The notes beneath the pieces were generated by a model that saw nothing but the letters and a program-made list of their open reading frames with translations, had not been told where the DNA came from and searched no databases. A program made the position numbers and the translations under genes. A DNA stretch of 64,000 nucleotides from Candidatus Deferrimicrobiaceae bacterium (GTDB lineage Bacteria > Desulfobacterota > Deferrimicrobia > Deferrimicrobiales > Deferrimicrobiaceae): contig CAWBVY010000010.1 in the NCBI GenBank assembly GCA_963792415.1, forward strand, positions 65,751-129,750, written 5' to 3'. Of this stretch, positions 1 to 9,391 are shown piece after piece; position 1 is the stretch's first letter, and every line of letters begins with the position of its first letter.

Positions 1-1
1 C

Positions 2-67
2 GAGGTGGGGACGCTCGCCGGAGCCCCGGAGCTGTGCGCCCGGTGCGCGGCCGCCGTGGGGAAGTGA
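2..67 (+). CDS. ileS: C-terminal end of isoleucyl-tRNA synthetase (partial)
   Basis: Frame 2 reads EVGTLAGAPELCARCAAAVGK*, with the second CxxC of the IleRS C-terminal Zn finger. It lies directly upstream of lspA, the classic ileS-lspA order. Confidence 0.65.
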   Translation, partial: EVGTLAGAPELCARCAAAVGK

Positions 68-71
68 CCCC

Positions 72-593
72 TTGCCGGTGACCCTGGTCCGGAAATTCTC
101 GGTGCCGATCGTCTCGGCGCTCCTGCTCGGCGCCGCCGACCAGGCGAGCAAGGTCTGGGCGGTGCGCAACCTCCCCCTGTTCGAGCTCCGCGAGATCGTG
201 CCCGGCTTCTTCGGCCTGGTGCACGTGCGCAACACCGGGGTCGCCTTCAGCCTTCTTTCGAACCTCGATCCCCGCTGGGTCCACCCGCTCCTGATCCTCG
301 CGACGGCGCTCGCGATGGGGGCGGTGCTCGCCTACATCGCGTTCCTCCCCTGCAGGGGGACGGCGCCGGTGGGGCTGGGGCTCATCCTCGGCGGGGCGAT
401 CGGGAACCTGATCGACCGGGCGCGGCTCGGGTACGTCGTCGACTTCCTCGACCTGTACTGGCGCAACCACCACTGGCCCACCTTCAACGTGGCGGACGTC
501 GGGATCACCGTGGGCGTCGCCCTCCTGCTGATCGACATGGTGGTCTCGCCGAGGGAGCCCGGGGATGCACCCCGTCCTGCTGCAGATCGGTAG
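72..593 (+). CDS. lspA: Lipoprotein signal peptidase II
   Basis: Motifs DQASK, NTGVAFS, GAIGNLIDR, VVDFL, WPTFNVAD. Confidence 0.96.
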   Translation: MPVTLVRKFSVPIVSALLLGAADQASKVWAVRNLPLFELREIVPGFFGLVHVRNTGVAFSLLSNLDPRWVHPLLILATALAMGAVLAYIAFLPCRGTAPVGLGLILGGAIGNLIDRARLGYVVDFLDLYWRNHHWPTFNVADVGITVGVALLLIDMVVSPREPGDAPRPAADR

Positions 594-1336
594 CCTCAAG
601 ATCTACTCGTACGGCGTCTTCGTCGCGATCGGCTTCCTCGCCGCCCTGTGGGTCTCCGGCCGGGAGATCGCCCGCCAGGGGCTCGACCGCGAGAAGTTCC
701 TCGACATGGGGTTCTGGGTGGTCCTCTCCGCCATCGCGGGGGCGAGGATCTTCCACGTCCTCGTCTACTGGCGGGAATACGCGGAGGCGCCCGGGGAGAT
801 CCTCAAATTGTGGAACGGCGGGCTCGTCTTCTACGGCGGGTTCCTCGCCGCGGTGGCGGTCTGCGTCGTCTTCCTCCGGAGGAACCGGATGCCGTTCCTG
901 ACGGTGGCCGACGCGTCGTCGCTCGGGATCGTGCTCGGGCTCGCGTTCGGGCGGCTCGGCTGCACCGCGGCCGGGTGCTGCTACGGGAAGCCGACCACCC
1001 TCCCCTGGGCGATCACCTTCACCGACCCCGGCTGCCTCGCGCCCCTGGACGTCCCGCTCCACCCGACGCAGATCTACGAGTCGATGGGGAGCTTCGCCAT
1101 CTTCGGCTTCCTCTACGCGACGCGGGACCGGTTCAGGACGCCCGGGATGCGCTTCTGGACGATGCTGATCCTGTACGGCGCGGCGCGGGCGTTCTTCGAG
1201 ATCTTCCGCGACGACCCGCGCGGCTTCGTCGGCCCCTTCTCCGAGTCGCAGGTCGTCTCGGCCGCTCCTGATCGCCTACGCGGTCGTCTCGATCCTCCGC
1301 GCACGGGCGAAAGCCGCCGCAATCCCCCCCAAGTAG
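565..1336 (+). CDS. lgt: Prolipoprotein diacylglyceryl transferase (1-nt frameshift near 1265, probably a sequencing error)
   Basis: Motifs GARIFHV, GGLVFYGG, GRLGC...GCCYG, HPTQIYE. The last TM helix (LIAYAVVSILRARAKAAAIPPK*) continues in another frame to TAG at 1334-1336. Confidence 0.9.
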
Positions 1337-1347
1337 CGGAGCGTCTC

Positions 1348-1564
1348 TTGAAAGGAGCTACTCCGCAGGGGGGCTCCCCGCTCGCATCCGACCGCACGGC
1401 TCCCCGGCTCCGTCCAGCAAACGTGCTACTCGCCTATCTCCCAGCCTTCTGCAATATCCATCGATTTAAGAGAGATCTTCCTCTTAAATAAACGCGTGGC
1501 CTCCGCCGGTTCCACACTTACGGTCTCCGCTCGGGGGACCCCCCTGCTCCGTATGCTCCTGCAA
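1348..1564. repeat. Intergenic element bounded by imperfect ~35-nt inverted arms (REP/MITE-like), with a central AT-rich hairpin
   Basis: GGAGC..GCAGGGGGG.TCCCC (1354-1379) pairs with GGGGA.CCCCCCTGC..GCTCC (1534-1559). Perfect 9-bp IR ATTTAAGAG/CTCTTAAAT at 1464-1489. Confidence 0.55.
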
Positions 1565-1575
1565 CGTCACCCCCC

Positions 1576-1747
1576 GCTGTGCCCCCCGTTCTTCCTACAG
1601 TGGGGGTACCCCGGCAGCGCGAAGCTCGTACTGGGGCGTCGCCTCGGAGGGCGGGGCTCCGTTCGTGGCTCGCCGTGCGGTGAACCTGCACGGCTGCGCT
1701 TTACCTCACTGCGCCGCCCCTCCTGCGGCGACTCCGCCGGACCCCCC
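1576..1747. repeat. Dispersed structured repeat, copy 1 of 3
   Basis: Near-identical to 29942-30110 and to 45731-45847 (core GGCTCCGTTCGTGGCTCGCCGTGCGRTGAACCTGCACGGCTGCGCTTTACCTCACT). Confidence 0.92.
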
Positions 1748-1781
1748 TGCGTCGTGCGCTTTGATGTGCGGGCGTTCTCCC

Positions 1782-3277
1782 CTACGGCAGGGCGCCGCCG
1801 ACGACCATGCGGACGGCGTGGTTGCCGTAGTCGGCGATGTAGGCGTTGCCGCGGGAGTCGACGGCGACCGCGCGCGGGTCGTTCAACTCCGGCGGAGGTC
1901 GCCGGGCCGCCGTCGCCGGAGAACCCGGCGCTCCCGTACCCGGCAAGCAGACGCACCTTCCCCGCCGCATCGATGTATAGCACCCGGCTTGCTCGACCCC
2001 TTCGACGAAGAAGATCTTCCCGGTGACCGGGTTGTAGTCGACCACCCTCGGCCTCGACGGCGCCATCGCCAGCGGGTCGACCCCCTCGGAAAAGCGGGCG
2101 CCCCCCGCGTCGGCGACCAGGTAGTAGATGTTCAAGTCCGCAAGCGACAGCCGCATGATCCGGTCGTTGTCGGTGTCCGCGAAGATCAGCGAATCGCTCA
2201 TCGAATGCGTAGGCGATGCTGGACGGAGCCCGCAGCGGGTAATTGAACCGATTAGATCGGCTCCGTCGGGTCGAGTACGGCAGGTTGTCCGTCACGATAA
2301 TCGGATTTCGACGTCCCGATCATCCGGTAGACCCTGTTCTCGAGGTAGTTCACGAAGTAGACGAGATCGACGTTCACGACGGCGAGGTTGAACCGGGCCG
2401 TCGAGTTGTCTACGCCATTGTCGTACACGAGTCCGTTCACCACCCCGTCGTCCACCCGCACGATCTGGGCAAAGTCGTTGAAGAGGTAGAGGTTCCCGGC
2501 CGGGTCGACGTCGATGTCCTGGACGGCCCCGATCGGCGCCGACGCGGCGGACGTCCCGGGCACGATCGTCCCGTGCGTCCCGTCCCCCGCGAAATCGGAA
2601 AGGTAGCCGTACCGGTCGATCCGCTTCACCTTCCGGAACGCGGAAGAGGAGACGTAGATCGCGTCGTCCGGGCCGGCCTTCACCGCGGTCGGGTTCCCGA
2701 GAAGCGCCCCGACGGCGAGGATCCCGCCGGACGCGTCGTCGTCACCGGGGGTTCCCGAGCCGCCCGATGCCGGGGCGCCGCAGACCGTGACGACCGTCCC
2801 CCTGGCGTACATCGCGACCGGGACCGTCCTGACCTCGCCCGGGGAGAGCGCGATGCCGTCGTACCACCCGCGTCCCAGCAGCGGGGCGGCGAGGACGGCG
2901 TCGCCGGAGGGGATCGCCGTGTTGTCGTACTCATCCACCTCGACGGCGATGCGCGTGCCGGGAGGGATCCCGCCGATCTCCCCGCGGCCGTCGGAGCGGA
3001 GGAACCACTTCTCGATCGGCGCGAAGTGCGGGGCGAGGACGCGGATCCGGATCCGGTCGGCCGGGTCCGTGGCATAGGACGGCGCGCGGACCGCCGCGGG
3101 CGCCCCGACGGCGGCGGCCGGCGGCGCCGGGTAGACCAGCTGCACCGCGATGGAGCCGTCCCCGGCGCCGGAACAGCCGGACACCGCCGCGAAAAGGAGC
3201 GCCGCGAGAAGGGCGAGGGGAAGGGATGTCCGCAGCGAACCGACGGGTGACAACGTTGCCTCCGGAACAAAGATCAA
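1782..3277 (-). CDS. NHL-repeat (beta-propeller) lipoprotein, broken by several indels
   Basis: Lipobox VSGC. NHL-type segments lie in three frames: LGNPTAVKAG, DIDVDPAGNLY, GFSGDGGPATSA, LNDPRAVAVDSRGNAYIADYGNHAVR. Confidence 0.75.
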
Positions 3278-3319
3278 CCGTAATATAATACCTTCATCGC
3301 GGATTTGCCGGAGAAAACG

Positions 3320-3864
3320 ATGGAATCTTACATCCCACGTCGTCGCCGCTTTCGGCGGAAGAGCTGACGGCGTACATCGGGCCCAGGGCGGAGCGGTACC
3401 GCCGCCGGTTCGAGCGGTTCACCCGGACGGGCGCGACCCGGTTCGAGTTCTCCTGGAACAACCCGGCCGCCTTCCTGGGGCTGTGGTGGTACCTCTACCG
3501 GAAGATGTACGCGTGGGCGCTGGTCGACTTCGTCCTGAGCGTCCTGCTCGGCTGGACCCTCTTCGTCCCGATCCTGTGGGGCGTCGCCCGCGCGGTCACG
3601 GGAGACTACCTCTACTTCCGGCAGGCCGACCGCAGGATCCGGGAGGCCCGCCCGATCTCCTCCGCCGTCGGCGCGCCCGCCGCGAACGCACTGCACCTCG
3701 CCCGGCTCGCCGCCGAGGGAGGCGTCAACGCCTGGGTCACGTGGGTCGCCATCGCGGGGACCCTCCTTTTTCTCGCCGTCCTCCTCTTCGCCTTCGGGTG
3801 GATCTGGAACGCGATCCCGCTGCTCCAGGAACTGTTGCCGGCCCCCCCGGGCCGCTGGATGTAA
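3320..3864 (+). CDS. DUF2628-like membrane protein (frameshift just after the start)
   Basis: GGAG-N-ATG at 3320. The downstream frame reads ELTAYIGPRAERYRRRF..FSWNNPAAFLGLWWYLYRKMY, typical of the family. Confidence 0.7.
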
Positions 3865-3878
3865 CGCCGGATGCAACG

Positions 3879-3906
3879 AAAAGGGCCCCGTCGCCGGGGC
3901 CCTTTT
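3879..3906. terminator. Bidirectional intrinsic terminator
   Basis: AAAAGGGCCCCG-TCGC-CGGGGCCCTTTT between convergent genes. Confidence 0.85.
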
Positions 3907-3934
3907 GCGCGAATCGCTTCTTCGAGCGGATCGT

Positions 3935-5347
3935 TCAGCAGTCGAAGTACAGGAAGAACTCGTGCGGGTGCGGCCGCAGCTTCACGGGGTTGACCTCCGC
4001 CTCGATCTTGTACTCGATCCACTTCTCGATCACGTCGATCGTGAACACGTCGCCCTTCAGCAGGAACTCGTGGTCCTCCTCCAGCGCCTTGAGCGACTCC
4101 TCGAGGGAGCCCGGCGTGGTCGGGACGCTCGCCAGCTCCTCGGGCGACAGGGCGTAGATGTCCTTGTCGAGCGGCTGCCCGGGGTCGATCTTGTTCTGGA
4201 CGCCGTCCAGCCCCGCCATCAGCTGCGCGGCGAACGAGAGGTAGCCGTTGCAGGAAGGGTCGGGCGTGCGGAACTCGAGACGCTTCGTCTTCGGGGAGGC
4301 GGAGTACATCGGGATCCGGACCGATGCGGAGCGGTTCCGGCTCGAGTACGCGAGGTTCACGGGGGCCTCGAAGCCCGGCACCAGGCGCTTGTAGGAGTTC
4401 ATCGTCGGGTTGCTGAACGCGCAGATCGCCCTGGCGTGCTTCAGGATCCCGCCGATGTACCACAGCGCCATCTTCGACATCCCGCCGTACTCCTCGCCGG
4501 CGAAGAGCGGCTTGCCGCCCTTCCAGAGGGACTGGTGCGTGTGCATCCCGGAGCCGTTGTCGCCGTAGAGCGGCTTCGGCATGAAGGTGACGGTCTTGCC
4601 GGCCTTCCGCGCGACGTTCTTGCAGATGTACTTGTACCACTGCAGCGCGTCGGCGACCTTCACCAGCGTGTCGAACCGGAGGTCGATCTCGGCCTGTCCG
4701 GCGGTGGCCACCTCGTGGTGCTGCGCCTCGACCTTCAGCCCCACCTGCTCCATGACGCGGACCATCTCGTCGCGCAGGTCGTGCTGCGAGTCGGACGGCG
4801 GGACGGGGAAGTACCCTTCCTTGTGGCGCGGCTTGTACCCGAGGTTCGGCTTCTCCTCCCGCCCGGTGTTCCAGGTCCCCTCGTCGGAGTCGATGTAGAA
4901 GAAGCCGCAGTTGGAGCCGCCGCCGTAGCGGATGTCGTCGAAGATGAAGAACTCGGCCTCCGGCCCGAAGAACGCCGTGTCGGCGATGCCGGTCGACCTC
5001 AGGTACGCCTCGGCCTTCCGCGCGATGTTGCGGGGGTCGCGGGAGTAGTTCTCCTTGGTGATCGGGTCGACGATGTTGCAGATCAGGGAAAGCGTCGGCC
5101 GGGTGATGAACGGATCGACGACCGCCGTCTCCGGGTCCGGGATCACCAGCATGTCGGACGCGTGGATCGGCTGCCAGCCGCGGATGGACGACCCGTCGAA
5201 GCCGAACCCTTCCTCGAAGCTGTCCTCCTTGAGCTCATAGATCGGCACCGCGAAGTGCTGCCAGGTGCCGATGAAATCCATGAACTTCAGGTCAACCATC
5301 TCGATGTTCTTGCTCTTGGCGAAACCGAGTGCTTCCTTCGCGTTCAT
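3935..5347 (-). CDS. glnA: Glutamine synthetase type I
   Basis: [45 protein letters not shown], adenylylation motif DKDIY. Confidence 0.98.
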   Translation of the reverse strand: MNAKEALGFAKSKNIEMVDLKFMDFIGTWQHFAVPIYELKEDSFEEGFGFDGSSIRGWQPIHASDMLVIPDPETAVVDPFITRPTLSLICNIVDPITKENYSRDPRNIARKAEAYLRSTGIADTAFFGPEAEFFIFDDIRYGGGSNCGFFYIDSDEGTWNTGREEKPNLGYKPRHKEGYFPVPPSDSQHDLRDEMVRVMEQVGLKVEAQHHEVATAGQAEIDLRFDTLVKVADALQWYKYICKNVARKAGKTVTFMPKPLYGDNGSGMHTHQSLWKGGKPLFAGEEYGGMSKMALWYIGGILKHARAICAFSNPTMNSYKRLVPGFEAPVNLAYSSRNRSASVRIPMYSASPKTKRLEFRTPDPSCNGYLSFAAQLMAGLDGVQNKIDPGQPLDKDIYALSPEELASVPTTPGSLEESLKALEEDHEFLLKGDVFTIDVIEKWIEYKIEAEVNPVKLRPHPHEFFLYFDC

Positions 5348-5401
5348 TGCGATCCCTCCTGGGGCGAAATGTTGGATTGGGGACGCGGCCGGCGATCCGC
5401 C

Positions 5402-5764
<363 letters not shown>

Positions 5765-5768
5765 TCAT

Positions 5769-5784
5769 AGCAACGGCCGTACCA
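5769..5784 (-). promoter_or_regulatory. sigma54 -24/-12 promoter of glnB-glnA
   Basis: Minus strand TGGTACGGCCGTTGCT matches TGGYAC-N5-TTGCW. Confidence 0.85.
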
Positions 5785-5903
5785 ATCCCGCATCCGGAAC
5801 GTCCCGGCGACGGAGGGAATCGATTTCCCCTGGGAATTCAACCTTCCATGGGGGCGGGGGAACGCGGGGGGAGCGGGGTGCGGCGGAGGCCCGGGCCGGG
5901 GTT

Positions 5904-5942
5904 TGCACAATCCGTGGGCAACCGGTGCCCGCGGGGTGTGCA
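5904..5942. promoter_or_regulatory. Tandem NtrC-type enhancer sites
   Basis: TGCACAATCCGTGGGCA (5904-5920) and TGCCCGCGGGGTGTGCA (5926-5942) both fit TGCAC-N7-GTGCA with one mismatch. They lie 120-160 bp upstream of the sigma54 box. Confidence 0.7.
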
Positions 5943-5945
5943 GGG

Positions 5946-6566
5946 TCACTTCCCGGGCGGAGTCCCGAACCTGCCCTCCTGGCCGGAGAGGAGGCGGTGG
6001 ATGTTCTCCCGGTGGGTGTAGATCACGAGGAACGCCATCAGGAGGGCGAGGGTGACGTAATGCCGGGACCTCCCGAGGAACGCCATGGCGACGGGAAGGC
6101 CCGCGGCGGCGCACAGCGATGAGAGCGACACGTAGCGCGTGAAGTACAGCACGACGGCGAAGAGGACCACGATGACGAAAGCGGTCTCCGGCGAAAGGAA
6201 CAGGACGACGCCCAGGGCGGTCGCGATCCCCTTCCCCCCCCGGAAGCGGAGGTAGACCGGGAAGATGTGCCCCAGGAACACCGCCGCGCCGACCAGGGCG
6301 AGCCAGTGGGGGGCGGGCGGATCCAGGAGCTGCCGGGTGAGCGCGAGGACGAGGATCCCCTTCCCGGCGTCAAGCGCGAGGGTGAGGAGCCCCGCGCCCC
6401 TGCCGAGCGTGCGCGCGACGTTCGTCGCGCCGATGTTCCCGGAACCGGTTTTCCGCAGATCCACGTCGCGGTCGAACGCCTTCGCGACGAGGATGCCGAA
6501 CGGGATGGAGCCGAGCAGGTAGCCGAAGAGGACGAGGAGGGTGCCGCGGAGCCATGAAGCGTCCAT
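5946..6566 (-). CDS. plsY: Glycerol-3-phosphate acyltransferase
   Basis: YLLGSIPFG, GSGNIGATNVAR, GHIFP..FRGGKGIAT, HRENIHRL. Confidence 0.96.
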   Translation of the reverse strand: MDASWLRGTLLVLFGYLLGSIPFGILVAKAFDRDVDLRKTGSGNIGATNVARTLGRGAGLLTLALDAGKGILVLALTRQLLDPPAPHWLALVGAAVFLGHIFPVYLRFRGGKGIATALGVVLFLSPETAFVIVVLFAVVLYFTRYVSLSSLCAAAGLPVAMAFLGRSRHYVTLALLMAFLVIYTHRENIHRLLSGQEGRFGTPPGK

Positions 6567-6603
6567 GGCGGGGATTACGTGTTGCGTTTCATGAAACGCA
6601 GCA

Positions 6604-7962
6604 CTAAGTTTCTTCGGTCTCTTCCGTGCGGGGACGGGCGACGCCGCTCTCGTACGCGGCGCGCTCCACCGCCTCAGCCACCCTGGCGTGCATCTCGAGG
6701 TCGAGGATCGAGGGGACGAGCTCCCCGTCGGATGCGGCCGCGCCGATGGCCTTGGCGGCGGCGATCTTCATCCTGTAGTTGATCTTGCGGGCCCGCGCGT
6801 TGAGCGCCCCCCGGAACACCCCGGGGAAGGCCAGCGCGTTGTTGACCCCCTTGCCGTCCGCCGCGAACGAAGCCCCCGCCGCCCGGGCGTCCTCGGAGGA
6901 GATCTCGGGATTCGGGTTCGACAGCGGGAGGATCACCTGCCCCTTGCGGACCATCTCCTTCTTGATGAGCCCCGGCACGCCGGTCGTGGCGATGACGATG
7001 TCGGACTGCGCCATGACCTCGGCGAGCGAGACGGGCTTGCCGCCGATCTTCGCGAAGATTCCCTGCGCGATGGGATTGATGTCGCACCCGAGCATCTTGC
7101 GGACGCCGTAGGCCATCAGGAGCTTGGAGATGCCGATCCCGGCGGCCCCCAGCCCCACCATCCCGACCGTGTCGTCCTTGACCTGCATCCCGACGTACTT
7201 GCTGGCGTTCAGCAGCGCCGCCAGGACGACGACGGAGGTCCCGTGCTGGTCGTCGTGGAGGACCGGGATGTCCAGCATCGCGGCCAGGCGGTCCTCGATC
7301 TCGAAGCATTCGGGGGACTTGAAATCCTCGAGCTTGATCGCGCCGAAGGTGGGCGCGATCGCCGCCACCGTGCGGATGATCTCCTCGGTGTCCTTCGACT
7401 GGATGAGGATCGGGACGCCGTTGATCCCCACCAGCTCGGAGAACAGGGCGGCCTTCCCCTCCATCACCGGCATGCCGGCCACCGCGCCGATGTCCCCCAG
7501 CCCGAGGATGGCCGTCCCGTTGGTGACGATCGCCACCGTGTTGAAGATGGCGGTGTAGTCGTGCACCAGCTCCGGCTTCCCGTGGATGAGCATGCAGACC
7601 TTGGCGACGCCGGGGGTGTAGACCTTCCGGACGATGGAGATGCTGGTGATCGGGTGCCTGGACTTGACGACGATCTTGCCGCCGCGGTGCAGTTCGAGCA
7701 CCGGGTCGATGATGTCGGAGACGATGGCGCCTTCGACCGTCCCGACCTCGTCGAGGACCGCCTGGAGCATCGCCTCGTTGTCGACGATGATCGTGACGTC
7801 GCGGGTGACGTATTCGATGCCGTACCCGACCAGCCTGATGTCCCCGAGGGACCCGCCCGCCTTGCCGACGGCGGTGGCCACCTTGCCGAAGTACCCCGGC
7901 TTGTCGAGGATCATGATGCGGACGGTCTTTACGAGCTTGTCGATTCCTCTTTCGATCTGCAT
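6604..7962 (-). CDS. NAD-dependent malic enzyme with N-terminal ACT domain
   Basis: VYTPGVA, NGTAILGLGDIG, PVMEGKA, HDDQHGT, GLGAAG, LSNPNPE, NNALAFPG. Start taken at MQIERG. Confidence 0.93.
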   Translation of the reverse strand: MQIERGIDKLVKTVRIMILDKPGYFGKVATAVGKAGGSLGDIRLVGYGIEYVTRDVTIIVDNEAMLQAVLDEVGTVEGAIVSDIIDPVLELHRGGKIVVKSRHPITSISIVRKVYTPGVAKVCMLIHGKPELVHDYTAIFNTVAIVTNGTAILGLGDIGAVAGMPVMEGKAALFSELVGINGVPILIQSKDTEEIIRTVAAIAPTFGAIKLEDFKSPECFEIEDRLAAMLDIPVLHDDQHGTSVVVLAALLNASKYVGMQVKDDTVGMVGLGAAGIGISKLLMAYGVRKMLGCDINPIAQGIFAKIGGKPVSLAEVMAQSDIVIATTGVPGLIKKEMVRKGQVILPLSNPNPEISSEDARAAGASFAADGKGVNNALAFPGVFRGALNARARKINYRMKIAAAKAIGAAASDGELVPSILDLEMHARVAEAVERAAYESGVARPRTEETEET

Positions 7963-8028
7963 GGCGGAATTATAGTATCGGCCATTCTTTTTTGTCAACG
8001 AGCGCGCCGGGAGGTACAATCACCTCCC

Positions 8029-8244
8029 ATGATCGTCGATTGCTGCGCCTGCTCCGCCCAGAATTTCGTCTCCCGGGAGCGCCTTGCCGCGCGGAACGCT
8101 CCCCCGCTGTGCTGGAAGTGCGGCCGCGCGCTGCCGATCGACGCCGGGCCGGGCGCGACTCCCGGTGAAACCAGCCGGAGCTACCCGGAATCCAAGGTTG
8201 GCATGGATGGGGAAAAAAAGGACGGGGGAACGAACCATGGGTAA
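8029..8244 (+). CDS. Small Zn-ribbon protein (71 aa)
   Basis: MIVDCCACSAQN..PLCWKCGRAL has two CxxC pairs like the TrxC N-terminal Zn finger. Its stop overlaps the ino1 start. Confidence 0.6.
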   Translation: MIVDCCACSAQNFVSRERLAARNAPPLCWKCGRALPIDAGPGATPGETSRSYPESKVGMDGEKKDGGTNHG

Positions 8245-9391
8245 GATCCGGGTCGCGGTGGCCGGCGTGGGAAACTGCGCCAGCGCGCTGGTGCAGGGGA
8301 TCGAGTTCTACCGGGAAACACCGTCCCCCACCGACGGCGGGATGGTCCCCGGGCTGATGAACCGCGACATCGGCGGCTACCTCCCGGGCGACATCGAGGT
8401 CGTGGCCGCGTTCGACATCGACCGGCGGAAGGTCGGCCGGCCCGTCACCGAGGCGATCTTCGCGCCCCCCAACTGCACGAAGCGGTTCGTCGAGCGGATG
8501 CCCGCCGGCGGGCCCGTCGTCCGGATGGGACCCGTCCTGGACGGAGTGGCCCCCCACATGGCCGATTACCCCGACGACCGGACGTTCCTTCCCTCCTCCG
8601 ACCCGCCGTGCGACGTGGAGAGGGTCCTGCGGGATTCCGGCGCGGAGATCCTGGTCAACTACCTGCCCGTCGGCTCGGAGGCGGCGTGCCGTTTCTACGC
8701 CGAGGCGTGCCTCCTCACGGGGGTGAGCCTCGTGAACTGCGTCCCGGTGTTCATCGCGTCCGATCCGGAGTGGGCGGACCGCTTCCGGAAGGCGGGGATC
8801 CCGCTGGTGGGAGACGACATAAAGTCGCAGCTGGGGGCGACCATCGTCCACCGGGCGCTGGGCCGCCTCTTCTCGGACCGGGGAATCCGCCTCCGGCGGA
8901 CGTACCAGCTGAACACCGGCGGGAACACGGACTTCCTGAACATGCTGAACCGAAGCCGCCTCGAGTCGAAGCGGATCTCCAAGACCGAGGCCGTGACCAG
9001 CGCCCTCTCGCACGCGGTTTCCCCCGACGACGTCCACATCGGGCCGTCCGACTACGTCCCGTGGCAGAGGGACAACAAGCTCTGCTTCCTGCGGATCGAG
9101 GGGGAGGGGTTCGGGGGGCTGCCGATCGAGCTGGAACTGCGTCTCTCCGTCACCGACTCGCCGAACAGCGCGGGCGTCGGGATCGACGCGATCCGGTTCT
9201 GCCGCCTCGGGCGGGAGATGGGGCTTTCGGGCCCCCTGCTCGCCCCGTCGGCCTATTTCATGAAGCATCCGCCGGAGCAGCACACCGACGACGACGCGCG
9301 GCGGGAGCTCGAGGAGATCATCGCGGACTACCAGACGTGGAGACGGACGCAAGAAGCCCCTCCCAGGACGCGGTGCACTTCTCCCACGTGA
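8237..9391 (+). CDS. ino1: myo-inositol-1-phosphate synthase
   Basis: GVGNCASALVQG, NYLPVGSE, GDDIKSQLGAT, QLNTGGNTDFLNM, SKRISKT, DSPNSAG, YFMKHPP. Confidence 0.95.
   Translation: MGKIRVAVAGVGNCASALVQGIEFYRETPSPTDGGMVPGLMNRDIGGYLPGDIEVVAAFDIDRRKVGRPVTEAIFAPPNCTKRFVERMPAGGPVVRMGPVLDGVAPHMADYPDDRTFLPSSDPPCDVERVLRDSGAEILVNYLPVGSEAACRFYAEACLLTGVSLVNCVPVFIASDPEWADRFRKAGIPLVGDDIKSQLGATIVHRALGRLFSDRGIRLRRTYQLNTGGNTDFLNMLNRSRLESKRISKTEAVTSALSHAVSPDDVHIGPSDYVPWQRDNKLCFLRIEGEGFGGLPIELELRLSVTDSPNSAGVGIDAIRFCRLGREMGLSGPLLAPSAYFMKHPPEQHTDDDARRELEEIIADYQTWRRTQEAPPRTRCTSPT

Noticed and set aside
9318-9391. ino1/GT4 tail-to-tail overlap as an antisense control system
   Set aside because: Short convergent overlaps are common in compact high-GC genomes, and the ino1 tail may be extended by an indel.
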